The position numbers were made by a program, and so were the translations under genes. DNA of 40,868 bases. Source: a virus (Duplodnaviria > Caudoviricetes). Shown piece after piece: positions 8,142 through 16,174 of the stretch (position 1 is the stretch's first letter; every line of letters starts with the position of its first letter). The stretch is taken from positions 1 through 40,868 of IMG/VR virus record IMGVR_UViG_3300016265_000761. One strand, given 5' to 3'. The notes beneath the pieces were generated by a model. It was not told the DNA's origin and made no database searches. It was given only the letters and a program-made list of their open reading frames with translations.

Positions 8142-8543
8142 ATGGATACATTGGCAAAAAGACTTATTGAAGCAAGAGAGACGGCAGGGTTATCGCAAGC
8201 AAAACTTGCTAAACTCGCCGGTGTCAAACAATCTGTTATTGGAATGCTTGAAACAGGAGCGCGGAAAAAATCATCATATATCCCTGTCTTTGCAAAGCTA
8301 TTAAAAGTGTCTGCATTGTGGCTTGCGGAAGGGAGAGGCGATAAATACGATATAAGTAATTTACCTGCTGGGTCTAAGATTTATATATTGACAGACGAAG
8401 AAAAAGACATTCAAGAAATATTTGATTCCATACTTGAAATGAAAAAAGGGTCAGTCAAGAACTTAAAAAGTCTCGGATTTAATGCAAATGTTGATCAATC
8501 AGAACCAAAAAACGGAACAGAACACAGCAACGGAACTGAATAA
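8142..8543 (+). CDS. cI: CI-like XRE repressor, no S24 peptidase domain seen
   Basis: MDTLAKRLIEARETAGLSQAKLAKLAGVKQSVIGMLETG...WLAEG; start taken at the internal Met. Confidence 0.85.
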   Translation: MDTLAKRLIEARETAGLSQAKLAKLAGVKQSVIGMLETGARKKSSYIPVFAKLLKVSALWLAEGRGDKYDISNLPAGSKIYILTDEEKDIQEIFDSILEMKKGSVKNLKSLGFNANVDQSEPKNGTEHSNGTE

Positions 8544-8585
8544 TTTAGTTACAATTAAAGATTGGATTCTTCAAAAGAGGAAAAC

Positions 8586-9080
8586 ATGAAACCTTTAATT
8601 TTATTATTTGTTGCGTTTGTTATAAGCGGGTGCATAACACCATCTAAAGAAAAGCTTGAATCAGATGCAGAAATGGCAATATGGAACAATCCTAATATTG
8701 ACCAGAAAACCAAAGAAGAAATATTAAAAGCCAAATACTTAGAAAGAATATCTAAGAAACAAACACAACACGATTCATCAGAATACCGTCCTGTTGTTGA
8801 TCTTTCCAAATGCAAAACTTGTCCATACGACAAAGATTTAGCAACTTGCAGCAATATTGCAAGAGAGCATACTAATTACGCTCGTAACGCAATAAATAAT
8901 GCAGCAGGTGGCGCTGTAACTGGCGCAATATTTGGCGCGATTGTTGGCCTTGATGTTGGTATGCTTACTGCTGCCGGCGCTGCTGGTGGCGGTCTTGGCG
9001 GCCTAGGAAACGAAGCAATCACGGTGCGCCAAATGGTCATTAATTGCATGCGCGGACGCGGTTATTCAGTGCTTCGATAA
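8586..9080 (+). CDS. Lipoprotein with glycine zipper
   Basis: MKPLILLFVAFVISGC lipobox; GAVTGAIFGAIVG/GAAGGGLGGLG; C-terminal CMRGRGY; GAGGA RBS. Confidence 0.85.
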   Translation: MKPLILLFVAFVISGCITPSKEKLESDAEMAIWNNPNIDQKTKEEILKAKYLERISKKQTQHDSSEYRPVVDLSKCKTCPYDKDLATCSNIAREHTNYARNAINNAAGGAVTGAIFGAIVGLDVGMLTAAGAAGGGLGGLGNEAITVRQMVINCMRGRGYSVLR

Positions 9081-9106
9081 ATTCTTAAACTTTTCATATC
9101 TTTATT

Positions 9107-9130
9107 AACCAGCTTCGGCTGGTTTTTTAT
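9107..9130 (+). terminator. Intrinsic terminator of the cI operon
   Basis: AACCAGC-TTCG-GCTGGTT then T-run. Confidence 0.85.
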
Positions 9131-9147
9131 TGCCCAAACAAAAAATA

Positions 9148-9189
9148 ATCACTTTAGTGCTTGACATTAACGATCACTTGAGTGATACT
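9148..9189 (+). promoter_or_regulatory. PL-like promoter with two operators
   Basis: TTGACA (9161)-N17-GATACT (9184); ATCACtttaGTGCT 9148-9161 and ATCACttgaGTGAT 9173-9186. Confidence 0.88.
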
Positions 9190-9310
9190 CCTCACATCGA
9201 CAGCCACCATAAATCGTAAGCGTAGGTGAGTCGACAAGTTACCTCCTTAAGCCGTCAACTCGGTGATTCCGGTGGAAGCCCGGCTAACTATCAATTGCAG
9301 AATATATGAA

Positions 9311-9592
9311 ATGACATCTGACGAAATTAAACAACGAGCACTGAACGATCTTTATTCTAAAGAGAAGCTTTCTCGCAGAGAGTTTTGCATCAGATTGAAA
9401 ATGACCGCACCTGAAAACAGTGATGAATGGATTTTTTTTAACAAGGCCGAATCATTGTACGAAATGGCTGAAGTTTTCAAAAACTCGTCTAGCGCCGGAC
9501 ATAAAGTCAGAAATCGCGCTAGATATTGGTACAAAAAAGCTTGGGTATTACGTGAGCTGCGCGAAAACGAAGAAGCAAAGCAATCAGATTAA
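9311..9592 (+). CDS. Hypothetical early protein
   Basis: ORF from MTSDEIKQ; first gene after PL. Confidence 0.65.
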   Translation: MTSDEIKQRALNDLYSKEKLSRREFCIRLKMTAPENSDEWIFFNKAESLYEMAEVFKNSSSAGHKVRNRARYWYKKAWVLRELRENEEAKQSD

Positions 9593-9609
9593 TTAATTGC
9601 GAGGGTGAA

Positions 9610-9762
9610 ATGAATCCTCTTCTGAAATATGAAATTTGCGTCAAAACGGCGAGTAGCAGATACCGGTACATCGGTCTGTTTAGGTCGTCGGCATACGCAA
9701 CGATGGATGCAATTAAGCGTGTTGGTGAGATATGCAGCGTGACAGTTAAAGCGATTTATTAA
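9610..9762 (+). CDS. Small early protein (50 aa, not in ORF track)
   Basis: MNPLLKYEICVKTASSRYRYIGLFRSSAYATMDAIKRVGEICSVTVKAIY; GAGG RBS. Confidence 0.65.
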   Translation: MNPLLKYEICVKTASSRYRYIGLFRSSAYATMDAIKRVGEICSVTVKAIY

Positions 9763-9774
9763 GAGGCAATTGAC

Positions 9775-10095
9775 ATGACAATGACGCGGGAAGAATGGTT
9801 GCGGCATGTAGCTTATATTGAGGTGCTGATCGAGAACGATGGAGTAAATAACGCATTCGGTGCATTTCTTGAAGCGCTTCAGAACATCGAAAAAGAACGC
9901 AGGGAGGATTACGACGAAGAGTTCTACGAATCGCAGGAATACAGGAATCTCCAGCATTGCCAACAAGTAATCGAGCACGTAATGGCCACCTGTGATCTTG
10001 ATATTGAGTTCGGTGACGGTGAAGCTCGCAAAGTTGCAATGGAACGATTCAAAGAATTAACAGAAATGTCTGAACTATTGAAGGAGCAAGCATGA
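9775..10095 (+). CDS. Acidic hypothetical protein, paralog A
   Basis: GAGG RBS; 59/74 residues identical to 10530-10856 by manual alignment. Confidence 0.85.
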   Translation: MTMTREEWLRHVAYIEVLIENDGVNNAFGAFLEALQNIEKERREDYDEEFYESQEYRNLQHCQQVIEHVMATCDLDIEFGDGEARKVAMERFKELTEMSELLKEQA

Positions 10096-10256
10096 TGAAA
10101 CACGAAACCGTTGCGATTCTATGTTGTGTAGTGCTGGTGCTCACGATCTTGATAGTAGATTTTGATGAGTCTAATAGCCGCTGGTGTGAAACATATCCAG
10201 AACTTTGCGCCCCAGATCAAACAGAAATAGCCAAATCGGAGGATCGATCATGCTGA
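10092..10256 (+). CDS. Small single-TM protein (54 aa, not in ORF track)
   Basis: MMKHETVAILCCVVLVLTILIVDF...; AAGGAG RBS; ATGA overlap. Confidence 0.6.
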   Translation: MMKHETVAILCCVVLVLTILIVDFDESNSRWCETYPELCAPDQTEIAKSEDRSC

Positions 10257-10537
10257 AAATATCTTTGATTTTTATAACCGAGTTTGTTTCTTGCCTGCGC
10301 TCTCTGCCGGTTAGTTGCTCGTATCAGTGTGCCAAATTAAAAGCAATTATCGAAGCAAGAAAAATACAGATAGCCAAAGCAGAGAAGCAAGGCTCTGTGG
10401 CATATCTTCGTGACAAAAGCATTGCCGACAATCCGTACCTGACCGGTGAAATGTTTGTGGCTTGGCGCAATGGCTACAGGAAAGAAAAGAAGCAATGGCA
10501 GCCTAATTTAACCTTTTATGGGGTTGACTATGATTAA
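10250..10537 (+). CDS. Protein with C-terminal Rmf/CrpP-like motif
   Basis: AEKQGSVAYLRDKSIADNPY...AWRNGY; GGAGG RBS. Confidence 0.6.
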   Translation: MLKISLIFITEFVSCLRSLPVSCSYQCAKLKAIIEARKIQIAKAEKQGSVAYLRDKSIADNPYLTGEMFVAWRNGYRKEKKQWQPNLTFYGVDYD

Positions 10538-10856
10538 TCGTGAAGAATGGCTAAAACATGTGGCACGAATTGAAGTGCTAATCGAATCAGATGGTATGTA
10601 TAACGCACTCGGCGCATTTCTTGAAGCCTTACAAAACATCGAAAAGGATCGGGGTGAAGAATACGGCGAAGAGTTTTACGAATCGCAAGAATACAAAAAT
10701 TTGCAGCATTGCCAGCAAGTTATTGATTGCGTCATGACCGCGTGCGATTTGGATATTGAATGCAGCCAAAGCGAAACGAGAAACGCGGCAATGGATCAGC
10801 TTAAGGAAAACATCAGTGAACTTGAAACGCCAGAGTTATTTAAAACGCAAGCATGA
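10530..10856 (+). CDS. Acidic hypothetical protein, paralog B
   Basis: Near copy of 9775-10095. Confidence 0.85.
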   Translation: MINREEWLKHVARIEVLIESDGMYNALGAFLEALQNIEKDRGEEYGEEFYESQEYKNLQHCQQVIDCVMTACDLDIECSQSETRNAAMDQLKENISELETPELFKTQA

Positions 10857-11014
10857 CAGAGTTTGAAGCAGAGAAATTAGGCGCGGAAGCATACCGAAAC
10901 GGCGAATCTTTTAATTCAAATCCGTTCGATCGAGACAAAAAACCGGATTTGTTTCATGCGTGGGCAAACTCATGGAAACATGAGCGCGAATATTGGGAAT
11001 TTGGAGACATATAA
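10853..11014 (+). CDS. Rmf/CrpP-like small protein (53 aa, not in ORF track)
   Basis: MTEFEAEKLGAEAYRNGESFNSNPF...AWANSW; ATGA overlap. Confidence 0.65.
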   Translation: MTEFEAEKLGAEAYRNGESFNSNPFDRDKKPDLFHAWANSWKHEREYWEFGDI

Positions 11015-11016
11015 AA

Positions 11017-11487
11017 GTGAATACAGAGGCATCAATCAAATTATGCGAGTGCGGATGCGGCCAACCAACACGTCTGTACGATAAAACTGATCGCGCAGCG
11101 GGAAAGATCAAGGGCATTCATGCCAGATTCATCAAGGGGCACAATTGCGCTCGAGCGAGTGCGATACGGACAGAGCGATCTATCGGCAACAAGATGGTCA
11201 CAAGGCATGGCTACGTTATGGTAACCCTTGGCAACGGTAAGCGTCAGTATGAGCATATCTTGGTTGCAGAGCGGATACTTGGGAGGACGTTAAAAAATTT
11301 AGGACACGGAAATCCAATGACCGAGATAGTTCACCATATTAACGGAGACAAAACCGATAACAAACCAGAAAATTTATTGATCTGCACACATAAATATCAC
11401 ACCGAGTTGCATCATCGTCTTGAGTCATCATCAAATTGGCCAGAATTCCCAAAGATTGTTCGTAATGATAAGAGGTTTGCGGCATGA
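11017..11487 (+). CDS. HNH homing endonuclease
   Basis: CECGCGQ N-terminus; YEHILVAE...VHHINGDKTDNKPENL; GTG start assumed. Confidence 0.85.
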   Translation: MNTEASIKLCECGCGQPTRLYDKTDRAAGKIKGIHARFIKGHNCARASAIRTERSIGNKMVTRHGYVMVTLGNGKRQYEHILVAERILGRTLKNLGHGNPMTEIVHHINGDKTDNKPENLLICTHKYHTELHHRLESSSNWPEFPKIVRNDKRFAA

Positions 11488-12296
11488 GCGAATCATTATT
11501 CACTGTGCGCGCAAGCTCTTGGGGGTCTCTATTTGACTGCGGGTATCGTTTCGAAGGAATTCATCTGCTCGACATGAAAAATACCGTCGGATTACGTGCT
11601 GCACTAGGGACTGCAATACATGCCGGTTCTGCAGTATTCGATCTGGCGCGCATTTCCGGCGACACGGTTACCGCAGACGACGCTGCTGGCGTGCTGGTAG
11701 ATAAGCTGCGCGATCCGGATAACGAGTTTGATCCGGCGAAAGACGATCTCACAATGCGAGACGCCGAAAGCATCGGTATATCGCTGCTCACTAAGTATTG
11801 CCGTGATGTGTCTCCACAATACAACTTCGTGGCCGTGGAAATGGAAACCAAGCCACTAGACATCGATTGTGGGGGTGGAATTATTGTCCGTCTAACCGGA
11901 ACCATGGATCGGGCGCGCATCAAGAAATCGTCGAATGGTGTTGGTATTGCTGATTTAAAGAGTGGTGGCGGAGCCGTGCAAAAAGGTGTTGCTGTAACTA
12001 AAGGACACGGCGCCCAGGTTGGCACGTATGAGCTGCTATTTGAGCACACTACCGGGGAGCAGATCACCACTGAAGCCGAAATCATCGGCCTAAAAACAAA
12101 AGGTGCGGCAGAAATAGCAACCGGCACCATCAGCAACGCAAAAATAATCATGACCGGCGATCAAGATAACCCAGGCTTGATCGAGTTTGCAGCGGATATG
12201 TTCCGCAGCGGTCGGTTTTATCCAAATCCAAAATCATTATTTTGCTCGGAGAAATATTGTCCGCGCTGGAAAAAATGCACTTTCAAAGGAGATTGA
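11484..12296 (+). CDS. RecB-family PD-(D/E)xK exonuclease (Cas4-like Cys motif)
   Basis: LGTAIH, TGTMD...ADLKS, QVGTY, C-terminal CSEKYCPRWKKC. Confidence 0.85.
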   Translation: MSESLFTVRASSWGSLFDCGYRFEGIHLLDMKNTVGLRAALGTAIHAGSAVFDLARISGDTVTADDAAGVLVDKLRDPDNEFDPAKDDLTMRDAESIGISLLTKYCRDVSPQYNFVAVEMETKPLDIDCGGGIIVRLTGTMDRARIKKSSNGVGIADLKSGGGAVQKGVAVTKGHGAQVGTYELLFEHTTGEQITTEAEIIGLKTKGAAEIATGTISNAKIIMTGDQDNPGLIEFAADMFRSGRFYPNPKSLFCSEKYCPRWKKCTFKGD

Positions 12297-12297
12297 C

Positions 12298-13269
12298 ATG
12301 AGTGGCAATGCAGCAAGAAATTTATCAGATTTAAAAGCAGCGGCGACCGGAGAAAAGAAAAACCCTATTGCTGTTTTCAGTGGGTTTATGGACAAATTCA
12401 AGCCGCAGTTGGGACTTGCGCTTCCTAAGCATTTGTCGGTGGATCGTATGGCAAGGCTGGCATTAACTGAATTTAGCAAGAGCGAGAAATTACAACAATG
12501 TGACGCCAAAAGCATCGCTGCATCAATAATGACAGCCGGTCAGCTTGGACTTGAACCCGGTGTGAATGGAGCAGGATTCCTGGTTCCATACGGAAGAACA
12601 TGCACTTTTGTTCCGGGATGGAAGGGATTGGTCGATTTGGTTGCGCGTAGTGGACGAGGGACAGTATTCACCGGGGTTATATTCAAGGATCAAGAATACA
12701 CTTTTGTTGATGGTGCGCGTCGTGACTTAATTATTCACAACGAAACCGATCTTGACGATCCAGAAGATATTACTCATGCGTATGCAATCGGATGGGTTAA
12801 GGATGCCGCTATGCCAGTCATAGAATTATGGCGAGTCAGCAAAATCAAAAAACACCGAGATAAATATAACAAGGTTGGGAAAGCGCATTACAGTTTCCGC
12901 GATTGGGAAATGTACTGTCGCAAAGTGCCATTGCTACAGGTGTTGAAATACATGCCATGTTCCATCGAAGTGCAGAACGCTATAGCGGCCAGCCACGCTG
13001 CCGAAAACGGACGTTCAGTAACAATCGAAAACGGCATTGTGATTGACTCTGACGCTCACGGAGTCGGAAACATGGACCCGATAACCGGAGAAATAATTGG
13101 CGATCAGGGCAGCCAGGGCGGCCAACAAGAAAACCCCGAACCGAAAACTAAGGAAGCAACCGGTTCAAATGATCCTGCGCCTGCCACCAGCAGCAACACA
13201 GAAACGCCACCGGCAGACAAGCAGAAAAAGCAGTCTGCGACAGATCAAGATGATTTTAGCGTGGAGTAA
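12298..13269 (+). CDS. recT: RecT family single-strand annealing protein
   Basis: LALPKHLSVDRMARLAL, AGQLGLEPG...LVPY, GWKGLVDLVARSG; AGGAG RBS. Confidence 0.92.
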   Translation: MSGNAARNLSDLKAAATGEKKNPIAVFSGFMDKFKPQLGLALPKHLSVDRMARLALTEFSKSEKLQQCDAKSIAASIMTAGQLGLEPGVNGAGFLVPYGRTCTFVPGWKGLVDLVARSGRGTVFTGVIFKDQEYTFVDGARRDLIIHNETDLDDPEDITHAYAIGWVKDAAMPVIELWRVSKIKKHRDKYNKVGKAHYSFRDWEMYCRKVPLLQVLKYMPCSIEVQNAIAASHAAENGRSVTIENGIVIDSDAHGVGNMDPITGEIIGDQGSQGGQQENPEPKTKEATGSNDPAPATSSNTETPPADKQKKQSATDQDDFSVE

Positions 13270-13274
13270 CTATT

Positions 13275-13667
13275 GTGACCATTATTGACAAAGAAAAAAT
13301 AGAAGAATCTGCGGCATTCCTGCAAAGCGCATGTCACAAACTAGCCTTTGAAGCTGGCTGGTGGACAGATTTAAAGACTGGCGAGGATTTGCGCGGCAAA
13401 CGAAATGTCGGCGAGTTGCTATGTTTGGTGCATTCCGAAATCAGCGAGGCTATGGAAGGACATCGTAAAAATCTAAACGATGACAAATTGCCGCACAGAA
13501 AAATGTTCGAGGTTGAGCTTGCTGATGCGCTGATAAGGATATTCGATATTGCTGGTGGATATGATTTAGATCTTGCTGGAGCTATTGCCGAGAAGATGAA
13601 TTACAACATCAATCGCAGTGATCATAAGCCAGAAAATCGTGTGCTTGAAAACGGAAAGGCTTATTAA
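13275..13667 (+). CDS. MazG-like nucleotide pyrophosphohydrolase
   Basis: LVHSEISEAMEG...EVELADALIRIFD...EKMNYN. Confidence 0.8.
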   Translation: MTIIDKEKIEESAAFLQSACHKLAFEAGWWTDLKTGEDLRGKRNVGELLCLVHSEISEAMEGHRKNLNDDKLPHRKMFEVELADALIRIFDIAGGYDLDLAGAIAEKMNYNINRSDHKPENRVLENGKAY

Positions 13668-13672
13668 AAATC

Positions 13673-13870
13673 ATGAGCAATAAAGTTCAGGACATTTATT
13701 CGGAACTTGAGTTTTCCGATCTTTTGGATGAGGCAGAAAAAAATGCCGCGAATGCATGGGAAGAAAATTTCGTTTCCGATTTGAGAGCCAAATTTAACGA
13801 GTACGGTATCAGGATGTTTCTATCTGAATCGCAGCAAGAGCATCTTGAGCGTATTGCGGATGGGGAGTGA
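13673..13870 (+). CDS. Conserved phage hypothetical protein
   Basis: WEENFVSDL...YG-RMFLSESQ motif. Confidence 0.7.
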   Translation: MSNKVQDIYSELEFSDLLDEAEKNAANAWEENFVSDLRAKFNEYGIRMFLSESQQEHLERIADGE

Positions 13871-13873
13871 GGG

Positions 13874-14068
13874 ATGAAACTTACGTTTGAGCAAGAACTT
13901 GGAAGTTATCTGGTAGCTAAAGACAAAGAAGGCAAGAGGATAGGCACATTGTTCTTAAATAACCACAAAGGCAAATGGCACGTCTATTCAATATCTAGCA
14001 CACATGCCGAGCCGGAACATCTGCGCCAGATCGCCGACAAGCTTGATGAATTGAATGGGGAGCGATGA
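13874..14068 (+). CDS. Hypothetical protein
   Basis: 64 aa ending LRQIADKLDELN; GAGG RBS. Confidence 0.7.
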   Translation: MKLTFEQELGSYLVAKDKEGKRIGTLFLNNHKGKWHVYSISSTHAEPEHLRQIADKLDELNGER

Positions 14069-14628
14069 ATGTTATGACAATGCCAGTGCAGTACAACACA
14101 AGAGAAATCTCATGGCTAGCAGCATATGGACACGTATGTATTTTAATGCCAACTGGATCAAAACCATCAAAAACAAAAAAAGGACACAAAGAAGAAAATG
14201 TGTCGAACAGGCACGCTCTTCGGAGGGCAATAACTGACGAAGAAAAAACGTTGTTGATCGGAAAAATTATTGAGGCCGTTAATGCCGGCATTACAGATCG
14301 ATTTGACATTCTTGAGTACATACAAGAAGAGGAGGCCGAAAGTTGCGATCAGTGGTTGCCGCGCAATAAGGCAGGCGAAATACTCTCTTTCAGTACGTTT
14401 TGTGACTATGTGCTTAAAGCAAAAAAGCAGATGGGATTTGGTGCAGAAAAATCAATGAAAGAAAAGATTTTGGAATTGCATGAAGCAGGAAAGAATGACG
14501 CGCAAATCATGGCTGGCGTTAAAGGGAATCCCAAATATGTGGCACGGATCATGTGTGCACTTGGTTTGCGCAAGAAGTACCCAGGGGCTAGAAATGACTT
14601 ACATAACAAAAGGACAGTACATCTATGA
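14065..14628 (+). CDS. Hypothetical protein, possible C-terminal HTH
   Basis: ATGA overlaps at both ends; KILELHEAGKNDAQI. Confidence 0.7.
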   Translation: MNVMTMPVQYNTREISWLAAYGHVCILMPTGSKPSKTKKGHKEENVSNRHALRRAITDEEKTLLIGKIIEAVNAGITDRFDILEYIQEEEAESCDQWLPRNKAGEILSFSTFCDYVLKAKKQMGFGAEKSMKEKILELHEAGKNDAQIMAGVKGNPKYVARIMCALGLRKKYPGARNDLHNKRTVHL

Positions 14629-15506
14629 AAAACCTAACGATATTTAGATCAGAAAAAGGCTGGAAACCTAACATTGAATTGCTGAATAACAACCTATCCG
14701 TGTCCGGTAAATTGGGTTATGCGTGGAAGGCTTTGCGAGATAACAATCCGTTTATCACTGTCGGTTCGAATCACTTGATAACGTGCGAGAAGCAGGAAAA
14801 GTTATTACCTGCTCAGGTTGTTGATAAGGAACTAAAGGCACGAATCGATCAAATTGAAAAAGACCAAGGCTACAAAGTCGGCAAAAAACAAAAGCGTGAT
14901 TTAAAAGAGCAGATCATTGAAGCGCTTTATGTGAAGGCTTTTACCATCAGCAAGCTGGTTAATGTGTGGATCAATACTGAGCATGATTTGCTGTGCATTG
15001 AAACAACATCGACCAATGTTGCTGATGATGTGATTGCCCATTTGATTCGTGATCTTGAGTGGAGAGGCCATTTGCTTGTAACTGACACTCAATCTAAAGA
15101 GCTTATGCGCAATCTCATAATGGCAAATGAACACGGTCTTGTAGAAGGTGGAACGTCATTTGATTTAGGTAGAAGCTGCGTTTTGGAGTCACACGATAAT
15201 CAAAAGATAACCTACAAGAACGTGTCACTTGCGTCTCCGATGGTCAGTGATTGTGTTGCGAACGGGAAATATCCGGTGAAAATGGATCTTGTTTTTATGG
15301 ACGGTGAACAAGAATGCGCTTTTACAATTGATGAGCGTCTTGTTATCAGCAAAATCACCCTACCCGACATAACAATAGACAGCGCTGAATGCGACACCGT
15401 AAACGACTATTTCGACGCAGAATTTACTATCCGCGCCGGTCAATGCATCGCACTGATCAATGAACTGATTGCTGTGCTTGGCGAGAAAGGATCTGAACAA
15501 TCATGA
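14625..15506 (+). CDS. rdgC: Recombination-associated protein RdgC
   Basis: MKNLTIFR, EKLLPAQVV, GYKVGKKQKRDLKEQI...KAF, FDAEF. Confidence 0.88.
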   Translation: MKNLTIFRSEKGWKPNIELLNNNLSVSGKLGYAWKALRDNNPFITVGSNHLITCEKQEKLLPAQVVDKELKARIDQIEKDQGYKVGKKQKRDLKEQIIEALYVKAFTISKLVNVWINTEHDLLCIETTSTNVADDVIAHLIRDLEWRGHLLVTDTQSKELMRNLIMANEHGLVEGGTSFDLGRSCVLESHDNQKITYKNVSLASPMVSDCVANGKYPVKMDLVFMDGEQECAFTIDERLVISKITLPDITIDSAECDTVNDYFDAEFTIRAGQCIALINELIAVLGEKGSEQS

Positions 15507-16174
15507 GCAAAGCCATCATTTTTGACACAGAAACAACCGGCATCGTTGATCCCGAAATTATTGAAGCAGCATGGATTGAGCCTATGTTCATCGATCACCT
15601 TACCACTGACAAGATTGCTGATTCATTTCATGGGCGATACAAGCCATCGAAGCGAATATCTCTATCAGCAATGTCGGTGCATCACATTATGGATGAGGAT
15701 TTGGAAAATTGCCCACCATCTAGCACTTTCGCGCTACCGGATGATATTGACTACCTGATAGGCCATAACATTGATTTTGATTGGAGCGCAGCAGGAAAGC
15801 CGGTTGTTAATCGTATTTGCACTTTGGCACTCTCGCGGCATTTATGGCCAGAACTTGATTCGCACAATCAATCAGCAATGCTTTATTTTCTTGAACGAGA
15901 AAGCGCAAGGGATGGTTTGCGAGAGAAAGCGCACTCGGCGCTCCAAGATGTAAAAAACTGCTTAATAATACTTGCTCACATAGTTGATAAATTGGGCGAC
16001 GTTAAATCGTGGGGCGATCTTTGGAGGCACTCTGAAATCGCACGCATTCCTACTGTAATGACATTCGGGAAGCACAAAGGAACACCGATCAAAGAAATCC
16101 CACGAGATTACAAAATATGGCTGCTTAACCAACCAGATATCGATCAATATCTTTCAAAGGCACTGAGATCATGA
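15503..16174 (+). CDS. exoX: DEDDh 3'-5' exonuclease, exodeoxyribonuclease X-like
   Basis: IFDTETTG, GHNIDFD, AHSALQDV; C-terminal MTFGKHKG. Confidence 0.85.
   Translation: MSKAIIFDTETTGIVDPEIIEAAWIEPMFIDHLTTDKIADSFHGRYKPSKRISLSAMSVHHIMDEDLENCPPSSTFALPDDIDYLIGHNIDFDWSAAGKPVVNRICTLALSRHLWPELDSHNQSAMLYFLERESARDGLREKAHSALQDVKNCLIILAHIVDKLGDVKSWGDLWRHSEIARIPTVMTFGKHKGTPIKEIPRDYKIWLLNQPDIDQYLSKALRS

Noticed and set aside
11484-12296. Cas4-like nuclease as evidence of a CRISPR system
   Set aside because: No repeat-spacer array or other cas genes seen; adjacency to recT indicates recombination
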